Of a stretch of 64,000 bases of DNA, positions 25,543 through 35,418 are shown piece by piece (positions within the stretch are counted from its first letter, which is position 1; each line of letters opens with the position of its first letter). Where the stretch lies: positions 186,001 to 250,000 of the IMG/VR virus record IMGVR_UViG_3300020473_000011; one strand, 5' to 3'. The position numbers and the translations under genes were made by a program. The notes beneath the pieces were generated by a model. The model saw nothing but the letters and a program-made list of their open reading frames with translations. It did no database searches and was not told where the DNA came from.

Positions 25543-27420
25543 TTACGCGCCACCCAGTAGTTGTTCAGCTAGGCCGAAATCAAGACCCGTCGGCAAGATC
25601 GCTGTCGTGAACGGGATGTACTCAACCGAACGCGTCGGCTTAACGAATAACCACAAGTTCATACGACCTGCGTCGATGTCTGTCGCAGAGTTGTTCGTCT
25701 CGTCACAAACAACCTTAAAGTCAGAAACACCACGGCGCGCCTTGATGTTGTTCATGTACGACGTAACCATCATTGACGCGATAGAACGCGTTGACTCGTC
25801 GTTCAAGTCGAATAGGAAGCCTTCTAGGGCATCACGGATTGCAGGCTCGATAGTGATCAACATCATACGAACGTTGATGCGGTCTAACGCGCTTGGCACC
25901 GATGCAAGAGTCTTCTGACCCCAGATAAGAACACCCTTACCAGCCGCGAAACGAATAGGGTTGATACCCGCATCGTACAGTAAGTCCATTTCACCCTTAT
26001 CGAAGCGACGACGTGCATCAAGTACCTTGATAACACCACGGTTTAGACCAGCGGCTGGGTACCATACTTCTGAGTTCATCGCAGTCTTGCTCAGTGCTAA
26101 AGCGGCGTACGCTTCTGGTGAGACAAACACACTACGATTGTTGAACTTGTCGTAGATCTTACAGTGAGGGCTATAGATAGCGCCGTACGAGCTGTTCGCG
26201 TTAAGAACAAGGTTGCGGTAGTCCTTGATCTCGTTAAGGTACGAGCTTGAAGACTCGGCGCTGTAAGGCGTCGATAGCATCGCAAAACAGTCCTTACGTT
26301 TCTCAGCTAACGCTAAAAGCGCTTTCTGGTACGACGGTAGCGTGTAGCCGCCATCCATCAGGATTGTGATCGGGAAGCTGTCTTCGTTTTCCAGCTCTTT
26401 CAGTGCAGCTTGCATGTGGCCTGCCATTACGGCACCACCTAAGTCACCGCCTGCTAGGAACTGGCCTTCGAATACGTCGGCTGGCGCACCCGAATAGAAC
26501 GGGTTAACGAACGCACGAATGTATTCCGATTGTTCAAGCTGGTTCTCGATAAAGATGTTACGGTTGAAGCCGTCAACAGCACCTTCATCTAATGAACACG
26601 TGAAAGTCTCGCGAGGGTCGCGCTCGTTGTCCAAGTACACTTGAACTTCAAACGTGTTCGGCGTCTTCGCAACCTGACGGTATAGACCCATCATGATCTT
26701 GCCGTCGCCTTGGTCAGTCAGCGCCAAGAACTCACCGTCTTTCATTTTGTCTTCCGACTCAGATAGCCACAGCTTGCCGTCGACGTCACGAGTAACCCAA
26801 TAGGCTGTATCGGCTTTAATACCCGTAGGTAGTGCGCCAATGGTGCCATCTTCTTTGATCACACTGAAACGTACGACACTGCCTGTGCTGAACTCTTGAG
26901 TCGCACTTAGGCTGCCATCTGGGATCATTACGCCACTGCCGTCGTCGACTTCGTTAAAGCTCACAGCTTCAACTTGACGATAGTTATGAACTTGGATGTT
27001 CACGCGATTAGCCCAATCACCTTGGTCTACGGCTGTAACGATGAACGCTTCATCGTCGTCTGCTTCAACTGACGCTAGGTCATCGAAACCGTCGGCAATC
27101 GCAGCTGTTGCTGCTTCTTTACCAAGCTGACCGATAGCTGCTGCGGCGAACTTTGCGTCGTCTGCTAGGACACGCTTAACCCATAGCTTATCGGCACCGC
27201 CAAGGTACGTAAGCGCTGAGAAGTATGCGTTATCAAAACCAATTTTGATTTTGTTGTCGATTGTGTAACGAGATAAGAACATGTTCTCGTTGGTGTTAAG
27301 CTGCGCTTCCACTGAACCGCGCTCTGCACGAGGGATTAATACGCATGCGTAAATACCTTCACTACCGCCCACGCGCTGTGAAAGATTCACTTCTTTCAAG
27401 ATAACTTGTGCTGATGACAT
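25543..27420 (-). CDS. Tail sheath protein
   Basis: 625 aa; WYPAAGLNRG, LYDAGINPIR, LIWGQKTL, ALDRINVRMMLI are gp18-type sheath motifs. Confidence 0.97.
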   Translation of the reverse strand: MSSAQVILKEVNLSQRVGGSEGIYACVLIPRAERGSVEAQLNTNENMFLSRYTIDNKIKIGFDNAYFSALTYLGGADKLWVKRVLADDAKFAAAAIGQLGKEAATAAIADGFDDLASVEADDDEAFIVTAVDQGDWANRVNIQVHNYRQVEAVSFNEVDDGSGVMIPDGSLSATQEFSTGSVVRFSVIKEDGTIGALPTGIKADTAYWVTRDVDGKLWLSESEDKMKDGEFLALTDQGDGKIMMGLYRQVAKTPNTFEVQVYLDNERDPRETFTCSLDEGAVDGFNRNIFIENQLEQSEYIRAFVNPFYSGAPADVFEGQFLAGGDLGGAVMAGHMQAALKELENEDSFPITILMDGGYTLPSYQKALLALAEKRKDCFAMLSTPYSAESSSSYLNEIKDYRNLVLNANSSYGAIYSPHCKIYDKFNNRSVFVSPEAYAALALSKTAMNSEVWYPAAGLNRGVIKVLDARRRFDKGEMDLLYDAGINPIRFAAGKGVLIWGQKTLASVPSALDRINVRMMLITIEPAIRDALEGFLFDLNDESTRSIASMMVTSYMNNIKARRGVSDFKVVCDETNNSATDIDAGRMNLWLFVKPTRSVEYIPFTTAILPTGLDFGLAEQLLGGA

Positions 27421-27475
27421 CAGTTAGTCTCCACTTTGATTAAGTCAGATAAGTAAAATCGTTGTACAACGATAT

Positions 27476-27646
27476 TTATTTCGCGCGAACGCCTTTAGGA
27501 AGGGCACCAAGCTTTGAAGGCTCAATGTTTTTAACCTTACCGCGAGGTGCAAGCATTAAAGCTTCGCCGTCGTACGAAATAGTTACTGGGTGATCAAGGG
27601 TGGACGCTAGCGTCACCAACTGAGGTGTAGCTGATTTTTTAGCCAT
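27476..27646 (-). CDS. Small hypothetical protein (56 aa)
   Basis: ATG 27646 (MAKKSATPQLV...) with GGAG RBS. Confidence 0.6.
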   Translation of the reverse strand: MAKKSATPQLVTLASTLDHPVTISYDGEALMLAPRGKVKNIEPSKLGALPKGVRAK

Positions 27647-27912
27647 AATGCTATGCTCCAAATATAAAGTAAAATAAGTCGCCTTGGACGCGACGACGCA
27701 GCGTGATAGCTGCTTACTCAACTCACATAGCTCAGGTCTCGGCTGATTGCAGAGGGTGCAACCAGTAAACTAATAGTACAAAGATGTGCTACCAGTTCCA
27801 AACAATTGTACAACAAATTTTAAGCGTGTTGCTAGCTCGTATTTTAAACTAATTGAAAATAAACAAGGTGACCCTTGTACAATGAATGTAGTCGGGGTCA
27901 CCTAATCCAGTG

Positions 27913-28554
27913 TTAGGCAGGCTCTTTTATGTGAATTTGCACAGCACCACCCGTGAAGATGTTTTTTATGCGAGCAAGACTTTCACCCGTTGAAACGATA
28001 AAGGCACCCCTGACTTTGGCTTGGGCACCGATTGTCTTGTAGTAGCCCTCGTCAATAGAAAGCTGAAAGTCCTCTAGCGACTCCCACTCAACCTTGTACT
28101 CAAGGTAATCGTCGAGTGCAGGTATGTGCAGTTTGAAGCGTTTCTCGTTCTTCACGGCCGAACTGGTTGAATAGAGCATTTCAAACCGTTCTAGCTCTTC
28201 CATCTGTGTTGTCACGTACAAGAAGCGGAAATCAAACTCACCCATGAGTACCTTTAGCTGAGTGTGATCCGTGCCGCTATCATCTTTAGGATGGATGATT
28301 TTTTGACGTGATCGCTTACCAAAGACCTCATTACTTCGCAGTGTACTGCGGTTGAAAAGAAGTAAGGGCAGGGCTGTTGTATCGAAAACCTGCTTTTTAT
28401 CATTCTGTGCACGCAGCGCCTCAAGCCCGTCACGGTAGCTCAGGTTCGGCTGGAATAAAGCCGTTGCATTAGGTAAGTGCTGACCCAATTCTTGTAGCAG
28501 TTGCCAAACAACCATAGAGGGCGTTGAGTAAACGTCTATCTTATCGGCGGCCAT
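27913..28554 (-). CDS. Putative tail completion / terminator protein
   Basis: ATG 28554 with AAGGAG RBS; upstream of the sheath; function inferred from position. Confidence 0.5.
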   Translation of the reverse strand: MAADKIDVYSTPSMVVWQLLQELGQHLPNATALFQPNLSYRDGLEALRAQNDKKQVFDTTALPLLLFNRSTLRSNEVFGKRSRQKIIHPKDDSGTDHTQLKVLMGEFDFRFLYVTTQMEELERFEMLYSTSSAVKNEKRFKLHIPALDDYLEYKVEWESLEDFQLSIDEGYYKTIGAQAKVRGAFIVSTGESLARIKNIFTGGAVQIHIKEPA

Positions 28555-29236
28555 GACTGTCTTCTCCTTCAATCGGCGTTAAGTACGTTTTAGTTAACAG
28601 CTCTTCTGTAATGCCCAGTGTCTTCTCATGTAGAACACGGTAATGGAACAGGGCACCGTCTGAGCGCTTAAATGTGATCTTGTCATCTGGTAGCAGGTCA
28701 TTATTGGCAAACACTTCTACGGCCTCAAAACCACCGATGTTTCGTGTACCCGCCGTGACCCAATCTCGACGTGGTGGAATGATCACCGTTTCGAAGGTTT
28801 CCTCACGGTACTTAGGATTTTCGTCCTGTATCGTAATATCGCCCGCCATTGAGCCATAAACTTCTTCGACGGCTTCTTGGACAGTGACCTCTTGGACTGG
28901 CTCAGGCTCTGGCTCAGGTTCTGGCTCAGGTTCTGGCTCAGGTTGTGGGTTACTCAACGAGATAGCACCCCCGTAGAGGCCACCCATAAAGCCCGCTGGT
29001 GCCGTCGGTGCAGGTGGTACGTATTCTTCCTCTTCTTCTACTGGTTCAGGCTCTACTACAGGCTCAGGGGTTGGTTCTGGGACTGGCGCAGGTTCGACTA
29101 CGGTACTATCATCGTCGGTGTCTTCGATGGCCACCTGACGTATCACTGTGACTGGGACACCAAATAGCTTAATGAGTACAGGTAGGCTATTACGGCTCCA
29201 ACCTGCAACAGCGCCTTCAATAGCGTTGTACAACAT
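28541..29236 (-). CDS. Putative head-closure/neck protein with Pro-Glu-rich insertion
   Basis: 231 aa; G.PVTVIRQ N-terminus and LLPDDKITF...YRV C-terminus around a low-complexity insert. Confidence 0.5.
   Translation of the reverse strand: MLYNAIEGAVAGWSRNSLPVLIKLFGVPVTVIRQVAIEDTDDDSTVVEPAPVPEPTPEPVVEPEPVEEEEEYVPPAPTAPAGFMGGLYGGAISLSNPQPEPEPEPEPEPEPEPVQEVTVQEAVEEVYGSMAGDITIQDENPKYREETFETVIIPPRRDWVTAGTRNIGGFEAVEVFANNDLLPDDKITFKRSDGALFHYRVLHEKTLGITEELLTKTYLTPIEGEDSHGRR
28897..28944. repeat. Four copies of a 12-bp tandem repeat (CTGGCTCAGGYT) encoding (EP)n
   Basis: Read directly from the sequence. Confidence 0.9.
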
Positions 29237-29287
29237 AAGGAATAATCTCCAAAGTTTGGTTTATAGGTCTCAGCCTCAGTCTCACAG

Positions 29288-29755
29288 TTACGTATTTTCG
29301 TTACCCACAAATATCTTGAAAGTGAAGGGGTGACCCGTGAAGCCTCGGCGGGGCACTACAGGTCTAACAGTAAACGAGTCTTGACCTTCATAACCAATAG
29401 CAGGTATGTACACCAGCTTGTCGTACATGGGCATAAACTCAACAACCCGCAGTGTGCCGAACTCAGGTAGGCGCGTCACCTCAAATGTACAACGGAACTT
29501 TTCTGAAAAGTCTTTCTCAAGTTCCTTTTGGTCAATGAAGTGCATGTCGTAGTAAGTACGCTGATAGTCATACGTCCAATAGTCGATCTGCCTGTGCAAC
29601 CAAAGACCACCTGCACTGAAACGACTGTCTTGTGTGTGGTCTAAGAATGAGAACCACACTTCTTGGTCTTTTCTAATGGCTGTTTCGTACGGGTCAAATA
29701 TGCGTACGTAAGCAGGGCGTCTGTTTGGCTCTACAGGTGCAAACATTGTTAGCAT
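29288..29755 (-). CDS. Hypothetical protein with C-terminal Ig/cadherin-like (Big_9-type) motif
   Basis: VTRLPEFGTL...LVYIPAIGYEGQDSFTV. Confidence 0.55.
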   Translation of the reverse strand: MLTMFAPVEPNRRPAYVRIFDPYETAIRKDQEVWFSFLDHTQDSRFSAGGLWLHRQIDYWTYDYQRTYYDMHFIDQKELEKDFSEKFRCTFEVTRLPEFGTLRVVEFMPMYDKLVYIPAIGYEGQDSFTVRPVVPRRGFTGHPFTFKIFVGNENT

Positions 29756-29764
29756 TATTTAGTC

Positions 29765-30196
29765 TCACTCATCTAATAGCTTTACGGGGTCGAGCACTAT
29801 CATTAGGCCATGTTCCTGATGTCGTACGACACCACTCACGGCAGGGTTCTTTGACCATTCGTAAGGCTCAATCATTGTGCGGTCAAGATGTAAAACATCA
29901 ATAAATTCAGTTACAGCAAGCGCGTAGGATTGGTCGGCCAAGTCAAACACAATAAAGTAGCCCTGTGTTGTCGCAAGGTCTTTCGGGTAGTCTAGCCCAA
30001 GCCTAAGTACACCGTTTACAACGCAAAGTGCCTGACCCCTGTGAAGCGTTAAGCCTTCGGTTCCGTCCGACGTTAAGTTGTCGGCTTGCACTGCTTGTCG
30101 TCGAATCAATTCACGAATATAGCTGGCATTAATCGCATAGGTTTCATAGCCAATCTTCACGGAAAGCCATTCGTCTTGTAGCGCTGTGGTGCTCAC
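29765..30196 (-). CDS. cheW: CheW-domain protein
   Basis: WLSVKIGYETYAINASYIREL / GLTLHRGQALCVVN / YALAVTEFIDVL / VSGVV...MIVLDPVKLL reproduce the CheW block pattern; GTG start. Confidence 0.8.
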   Translation of the reverse strand: MSTTALQDEWLSVKIGYETYAINASYIRELIRRQAVQADNLTSDGTEGLTLHRGQALCVVNGVLRLGLDYPKDLATTQGYFIVFDLADQSYALAVTEFIDVLHLDRTMIEPYEWSKNPAVSGVVRHQEHGLMIVLDPVKLLDE

Positions 30197-30342
30197 AACA
30201 TCACCTCGTATCTGTCCTGTTTGGCCAGCGTCAGGCCAGCAAGTCTCAATTAGATAGTATTGTACAAAGTATTGGCTGTATTGTCATCGAACCTTGATGG
30301 CGTTAGACTTCATTGGTGATTAATTGAGACAGGTGAACTCGT

Positions 30343-31080
30343 ATGAGTGCTGAGATAGAAACAACCGATGATAATGCTGCATCACGTGCAGATAAGATTA
30401 TTAGCCGTGCCTCGTTGGTCGGCTTGTTTAGCAGTAATGAAGCCAAGGTGGTTGCTGGTAACTTCATTAAGACACACGGTGGTGCCTACGATGGTGATTG
30501 GCACCTCGTAAAGTACGTGTACCTTGAGGGCAGTGATAACGTCGTTAACCAAAAGATGATGTCATGTATTGGTATAGGTAAGTCTTACGAGTACCCCATA
30601 TCTATGAGAAAGGCTTCTATTGTGCGTGAGCACGAGTCTGCCCTCCATAAGTTTCATGGCAACCGCACGGTAATTTGGGTGGATGACTTAGGCAACGTAT
30701 TTACGACGCGACCTGAGCTAGGATTAGAAGACGATAAGCCTATCAAGAACGTGTATGTTAAGACACGATACCTCTTGGACAATGGAAGCTTTACGGTTAA
30801 TGACCTGCCGTTCTCTCCCGTGGGCTTCGACTGGCACATCATGGGTAAGGCCGAAAAAGCATATATCATTGGCAGCCTGCCTTATAAAGGGTCGTTACTT
30901 AATGAACTCAACGCTGAGTTCGATGCTGTAATGAAGCTGCGCGAAAAGGCCATGAAAGGTTTATTTAAGCCTAATGAGGTCGAATCGTTCGAGTTTATCG
31001 CCGAGGATGAGTGTGACACGAGTCTTGTAGGTGAGGAACGCTACTTCTTCGAGCTGAATACTTTGCTATTCAGTCAGTAG
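30343..31080 (+). CDS. Hypothetical protein
   Basis: 245-aa ORF; leader-like SRADKII motif near the N-terminus. Confidence 0.75.
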   Translation: MSAEIETTDDNAASRADKIISRASLVGLFSSNEAKVVAGNFIKTHGGAYDGDWHLVKYVYLEGSDNVVNQKMMSCIGIGKSYEYPISMRKASIVREHESALHKFHGNRTVIWVDDLGNVFTTRPELGLEDDKPIKNVYVKTRYLLDNGSFTVNDLPFSPVGFDWHIMGKAEKAYIIGSLPYKGSLLNELNAEFDAVMKLREKAMKGLFKPNEVESFEFIAEDECDTSLVGEERYFFELNTLLFSQ

Positions 31081-31081
31081 C

Positions 31082-31108
31082 AAAAAGCCCGCATTACGCG
31101 GGCTTTTT
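31082..31108. terminator. Bidirectional terminator
   Basis: AAAAAGCCCGC-ATTAC-GCGGGCTTTTT. Confidence 0.85.
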
Positions 31109-31114
31109 AATGGA

Positions 31115-31855
31115 TTAACCAAGCGCTAGATTTACTTCGCACGTACGGTGGTCGCCCGTACTGATACCGTAAACTATCGTGGCTTCGGTTGCGCTGCGTC
31201 GGTCATAGCTTATGATCGTAGGGTTACCGCCCAAGAGGTGGGCTACCTCGTTCAACACATCTGTAATACGTGCACGGTTATCCTTCGCTGACAAATGACT
31301 ATACTGGCCATTCACCAAAATGTTACGCAATTCTTTTACCGACATATCGTTCACTGACGGCAATTTACGAAGCCGTGGTAGTTCCGCCGCTACATGCGGG
31401 CTAAATACATTGGCGGCACGTACCGTACGAACCACAATGTCGACTTCGCCCACTGTTTCAACACCGTTCCCCTCTCTAGTCATGGCCTTCATAAAGGCTT
31501 CAATACTTGGGTATTTGCTATCGTTTTCTTTGAGGTAATCAAAGACCGCTTCTTCATTACGACCGTTGACGTTTTCAAGTGTGACACGGTCTAGTTTTTT
31601 CCCTTTTTCCATAGCGCCATCAAGCGCTGTAATCGTGACCTCATCGTACATAAAATCCCACTCAAGTAGGAATTTACCGTCGGCCGTGTAAACATCTTCC
31701 GTCGCGGTTCGCTCACCATTTTTAAGCTCAGCCACTTCGCTAAGCTTAGTATAGGGCTTGATTAGAATTGTTGTGCTCTTCATCGGGTCGCGACGTGCTT
31801 CTGTTAACGCGTCATAATTACCCTGACATTCATGAAGTCTCTTAAATGCACTCAT
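31115..31855 (-). CDS. Paralogue family A, member 5 (unknown function)
   Basis: FSP...LPRLRKLP...NGQY motif shared with four neighbours. Confidence 0.8.
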   Translation of the reverse strand: MSAFKRLHECQGNYDALTEARRDPMKSTTILIKPYTKLSEVAELKNGERTATEDVYTADGKFLLEWDFMYDEVTITALDGAMEKGKKLDRVTLENVNGRNEEAVFDYLKENDSKYPSIEAFMKAMTREGNGVETVGEVDIVVRTVRAANVFSPHVAAELPRLRKLPSVNDMSVKELRNILVNGQYSHLSAKDNRARITDVLNEVAHLLGGNPTIISYDRRSATEATIVYGISTGDHRTCEVNLALG

Positions 31856-31871
31856 TGATTTGTTCCTTCTG

Positions 31872-32570
31872 TTATCTTAGGCCGAGGTCTACTTGCAGGC
31901 GGCGTGTGGTGTAGCGTAATAATCCCGCTGTGCGGCTAGACGCCTCAAACTTCATGCGGTCGATAAAACGGCCTTTTTCAAACAGGCTCTCTAACTCACT
32001 TAACACATCGGAGATACGATCCTTTCTGAGATTTGCAAAGTAGCTGAACTGGCCATTGGCAAGTATGCGCATGACGTCTCGATGGCTCCAAGTAGTCGGG
32101 ATCTTTGTTAATCGTGGTAGATTGGCCATGGCCATAGGGCTGAACGTTTTTGATGCCTCGACCTCGTAGACTCTGATTTCAAAGTCATCAAAGTTCTCGT
32201 CTTTCACGCGTTCAATAAAGTCATCGAGTGTTCCAAATTCTGCATCGAGGTCAGCGATAGCCGCTGCCATGTCGTCACCCTCATACTCCACTAAGATGTC
32301 CCGTAGCCTCTTATCAGCGTCAGGGTCATCGTACAGCTCTGTCACATAGAGTGATTCTGAATGCCAGTTTACGCGGTAATTACCATCTTCGGAGTAGATG
32401 TCGACACCGTCGTCGTAGTCTTTAAGTGCCATAAGGTCAGTTAAGGTCTCGAATTTCTCGAAACGTAGTGCCGTTGGCTGTTTTAGTAGGTCGAAGCGCT
32501 CATCTAGGCTTCTGTGTGCCATGGCTTCATAGCGCGCGTGGCATTCGTGTAATTCATTAAATGCTGTCAT
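31872..32570 (-). CDS. Paralogue family A, member 4
   Basis: FSP...LPRLTKIP...NGQF. Confidence 0.8.
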   Translation of the reverse strand: MTAFNELHECHARYEAMAHRSLDERFDLLKQPTALRFEKFETLTDLMALKDYDDGVDIYSEDGNYRVNWHSESLYVTELYDDPDADKRLRDILVEYEGDDMAAAIADLDAEFGTLDDFIERVKDENFDDFEIRVYEVEASKTFSPMAMANLPRLTKIPTTWSHRDVMRILANGQFSYFANLRKDRISDVLSELESLFEKGRFIDRMKFEASSRTAGLLRYTTRRLQVDLGLR

Positions 32571-32578
32571 GACTACCC

Positions 32579-33310
32579 CTAACCTAGCCCTAGGTTTACT
32601 TCACAGATACGGCGTCTATTGTGCTGGTTATAGTACTCAACCATCGCGCGTGTGGTGTCTTTGTTGTCTGCCATGATGATAGAGCCATCACCTTGCACAA
32701 GACCCTGTACCTCTGCTAAGAAGTCGGTAACGCGCTTTTGATTGCCTGTCGCCAGTGACTTAAATTGGCCGTTTGCAATCACGCGAGCAAGTATATCGAC
32801 GCTCCAACGGTTAGGGAGCCGCGCCACGCGCTTTAGCTTTGAAGCAGTGACAGGGTTGAAGATGTTCTTACCTTTTTGGATGCGTACAGCAAGGTCAAAA
32901 TCGTCAATACGCGCGTCATCCGTAAGCGAGTTCATGAACGCTTCAATAGTTCCATGTTCCTCGGCCATACGACCCAAATAGATGATAATAGAGTCAAGGC
33001 TCTCGTAGCCGTTTTGGTCAAGCTCAACGTACTTAACCGATTTACCTGCCTGCATTGCATCTGTAATGTCTGTGATTGCGAGACCCCATGGATCCCACTT
33101 CACCATGTACTTACCATCAGCACTGTAGACATTAAAGTTGTAATTTTTGAATTTAAGTAGGTCTTCAACACGCTTGAAGTCTTCAATGTGGATGTTTGTT
33201 TTGCTCTTCATTAAAGCGAGGCGACGTTCGTTAAGCTCTGCGCTTTCATCAAAGTCCAAGCCCGTGATGAAGTCTTCTGTGCTCTCTAGTAGGGTAGCAA
33301 TTACGGTCAT
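32579..33310 (-). CDS. Paralogue family A, member 3
   Basis: ESAELNERR; FNP...LKRVARLP...IANGQF. Confidence 0.8.
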   Translation of the reverse strand: MTVIATLLESTEDFITGLDFDESAELNERRLALMKSKTNIHIEDFKRVEDLLKFKNYNFNVYSADGKYMVKWDPWGLAITDITDAMQAGKSVKYVELDQNGYESLDSIIIYLGRMAEEHGTIEAFMNSLTDDARIDDFDLAVRIQKGKNIFNPVTASKLKRVARLPNRWSVDILARVIANGQFKSLATGNQKRVTDFLAEVQGLVQGDGSIIMADNKDTTRAMVEYYNQHNRRRICEVNLGLG

Positions 33311-33377
33311 TGTATTCTCACGCTCAAAAGGAAAGATTAGGGCTGCCTTATTTGCAGCCCTATACGGTTACTTGGTC

Positions 33378-34157
33378 TTAATTTTGTAGGTTAACGATAC
33401 ACGTGCGTGAGTCGTTTGAGTGTGCACGGTAACGTACACGAACTTCATGCGAGTCTTCGATTTCTTCGTGATAGCGGCTAACTTCAACATCTTTATTCAC
33501 GATGTCTTTAAGCTCGCCTAGCGGGCTAAGACGCGCATTTCGAAGGTCTTCACGGTCTGTCGGCTCGTCGTAGCCCATGTAGAAGTTCTGCTTTAGAACC
33601 GAGAACTGGCCATTAGCGATGACCTTAGCTAACGCGTCTAACGTCCACTTATTAGGAAGCTTTGTAAGGCGCTTTAACTTAGCAGCTGCAAATGGGCTAA
33701 ATGTACTTTTCGCCTTGTCTTCAACTACTGTAATAGTTACTTGGTCAACGTCAGCACGCTCTGTTGTTGCGTCCATGAACTTCTCAATGGTGCCATGCTC
33801 TTCTTCGATGGCCACCAAGAAATTATGGATAGCTGCTGCACCACCTTGCCATGAGTCAAGCGTCACGGTCTTGCACGTCTTGCCTACGCGCATTGCGTTT
33901 TTAATTTCAGTGATGCTGATCTGCATACCTGAACCACGGTAAATTTTAATGCTGAACTTCTCGTCTTTTGTGAAGTAGTCATAGCCCGATGTTTGGTTGA
34001 TGAAATCCGTTGGCTTAGTCCAGTTTTCGAACTTCATGCTGTGCGGTAGGTTCTCTTTCAGTAGATTGAATCGACGCTCGTAAAGCTCTGCTGATTCGCA
34101 GAAATCGTCTGTCATTACTGTGTCTAGTGCTTCTAAAGCATTATTAATACGTGTCAT
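33378..34157 (-). CDS. Paralogue family A, member 2
   Basis: DFCESAELYERR; FSP...LKRLTKLP...IANGQFSVLKQ. Confidence 0.8.
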   Translation of the reverse strand: MTRINNALEALDTVMTDDFCESAELYERRFNLLKENLPHSMKFENWTKPTDFINQTSGYDYFTKDEKFSIKIYRGSGMQISITEIKNAMRVGKTCKTVTLDSWQGGAAAIHNFLVAIEEEHGTIEKFMDATTERADVDQVTITVVEDKAKSTFSPFAAAKLKRLTKLPNKWTLDALAKVIANGQFSVLKQNFYMGYDEPTDREDLRNARLSPLGELKDIVNKDVEVSRYHEEIEDSHEVRVRYRAHSNDSRTCIVNLQN

Positions 34158-34216
34158 TGCAATACCCTTAAAATGGAAAAGAGGGTTAGCCCCTCTTATA
34201 ATTTTGAAAAAATGGA

Positions 34217-34996
34217 TTAACGGCCACCAGCCATGTTAAACACCATGCTACGTGAATCGTTTGAGTGCGCGCCGTAGTTGATCACAACACGGCCATCATC
34301 AAGCTCTTTGGTGTAGTCGACTTTCAGGCGCTTCTCTGCAAACCCTTTGATTTCTTCCATCGGGTCAAGGCGCATGTCCGTCTTGTTCGGATCGTTCGTC
34401 GGCTCGTCGTAGCCCATGTAGTAATCTTGCTTTAGAACAGAGAACTGGCCGTTAGCAATAGCCTTCATCATTGCATCTGCATTCCAACGCTTAGGAAGCT
34501 TAACAAGACGCTTTAGTTTTGCTGCGTTAAATGGGTTAAAGACTTCTTTAGACTTCTGCTCGTAGACATGAATATCAACGCGGCCGCTCTCGGTCTCGAC
34601 GCTGCTTGTTTCAATGTGGTTTACGAAGTCTTCTAATGAACGGTATTCACCACTTGTCGCCAGCTTGTGAAGGTATTCTGATGTAGGCTCATAGCTGCGA
34701 GGAACCGCTGATAGTGAGATTTTCTTACAGGTTTTACCTGCTTTCATACCGTGTTCGATGTCCATGATTTCGATTGAACCCATGTACGCGTGAATACGAT
34801 GCTTACCGTCTTTTGTGTAGATAGTTTGACCGACGCTGATGTCATCAATCTCAGTCAATTCTACGTCTTTGATAATAAGCTTTGAGCTTTGCTTTAGAAG
34901 GTCAAAACGGCGTTCATTTAGTTCTGCTGATTCGCAGAAATCATGAGCTTCTAACTGTTCGGTGACAGCTAGAACCTGTGCGATTCTTGTGGTCAT
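34217..34996 (-). CDS. Paralogue family A, member 1
   Basis: DFCESAELNERR; FNP...LKRLVKLP...IANGQFSVLKQ. Confidence 0.8.
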   Translation of the reverse strand: MTTRIAQVLAVTEQLEAHDFCESAELNERRFDLLKQSSKLIIKDVELTEIDDISVGQTIYTKDGKHRIHAYMGSIEIMDIEHGMKAGKTCKKISLSAVPRSYEPTSEYLHKLATSGEYRSLEDFVNHIETSSVETESGRVDIHVYEQKSKEVFNPFNAAKLKRLVKLPKRWNADAMMKAIANGQFSVLKQDYYMGYDEPTNDPNKTDMRLDPMEEIKGFAEKRLKVDYTKELDDGRVVINYGAHSNDSRSMVFNMAGGR

Positions 34997-35075
34997 ATCT
35001 CAGTCCCAATTGTTTAAGTTTATGACGGTAGGAGTCCCAGCCCGTCGGCTAAACTCATTGTACAACGATGCACCT

Positions 35076-35103
35076 GTGACAGCAACGACCAATGGAGTAT
35101 AAT
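35076..35103 (+). promoter_or_regulatory. Sigma70-type promoter upstream of arfA
   Basis: GTGACA, 16 bp, TATAAT. Confidence 0.5.
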
Positions 35104-35138
35104 GGTGCATTATGTAACGAAAAATTGGAGTAATACAC

Positions 35139-35369
35139 ATGTCGAAAAGTAAGAAAATGTCGGTCGATGCTGGCCGTGGGACTATTAATGACTGCGCCTT
35201 GGCAGCCCTTGTAACCAGTAAGGTTTTCCGTACTCAAGTTGTAAAAGCGAAGAAAGGGAAAGGCTCGTACAAGCGTAACGGAAAGCATAAGCTAAAAGCT
35301 TATCCAGTAGCTTCTTTAATTAAGAAGTTAGCGGATAGCCTTTTAGCGCGTATTTCATTACTGCGATAA
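35139..35369 (+). CDS. arfA: Alternative ribosome rescue factor A homologue
   Basis: GRGTINDCALAALVTSKVFRTQVVKAKKGKGSYKRNGKH matches the ArfA signature (G.I.DNA..AL....LFR.......KGKGSY.RK.KH); GGAG RBS. Confidence 0.88.
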   Translation: MSKSKKMSVDAGRGTINDCALAALVTSKVFRTQVVKAKKGKGSYKRNGKHKLKAYPVASLIKKLADSLLARISLLR

Positions 35370-35418
35370 CTGTTGTACAATGATTTTCGATTAATTGAGA
35401 CACTTTTGAGGAAAACTA

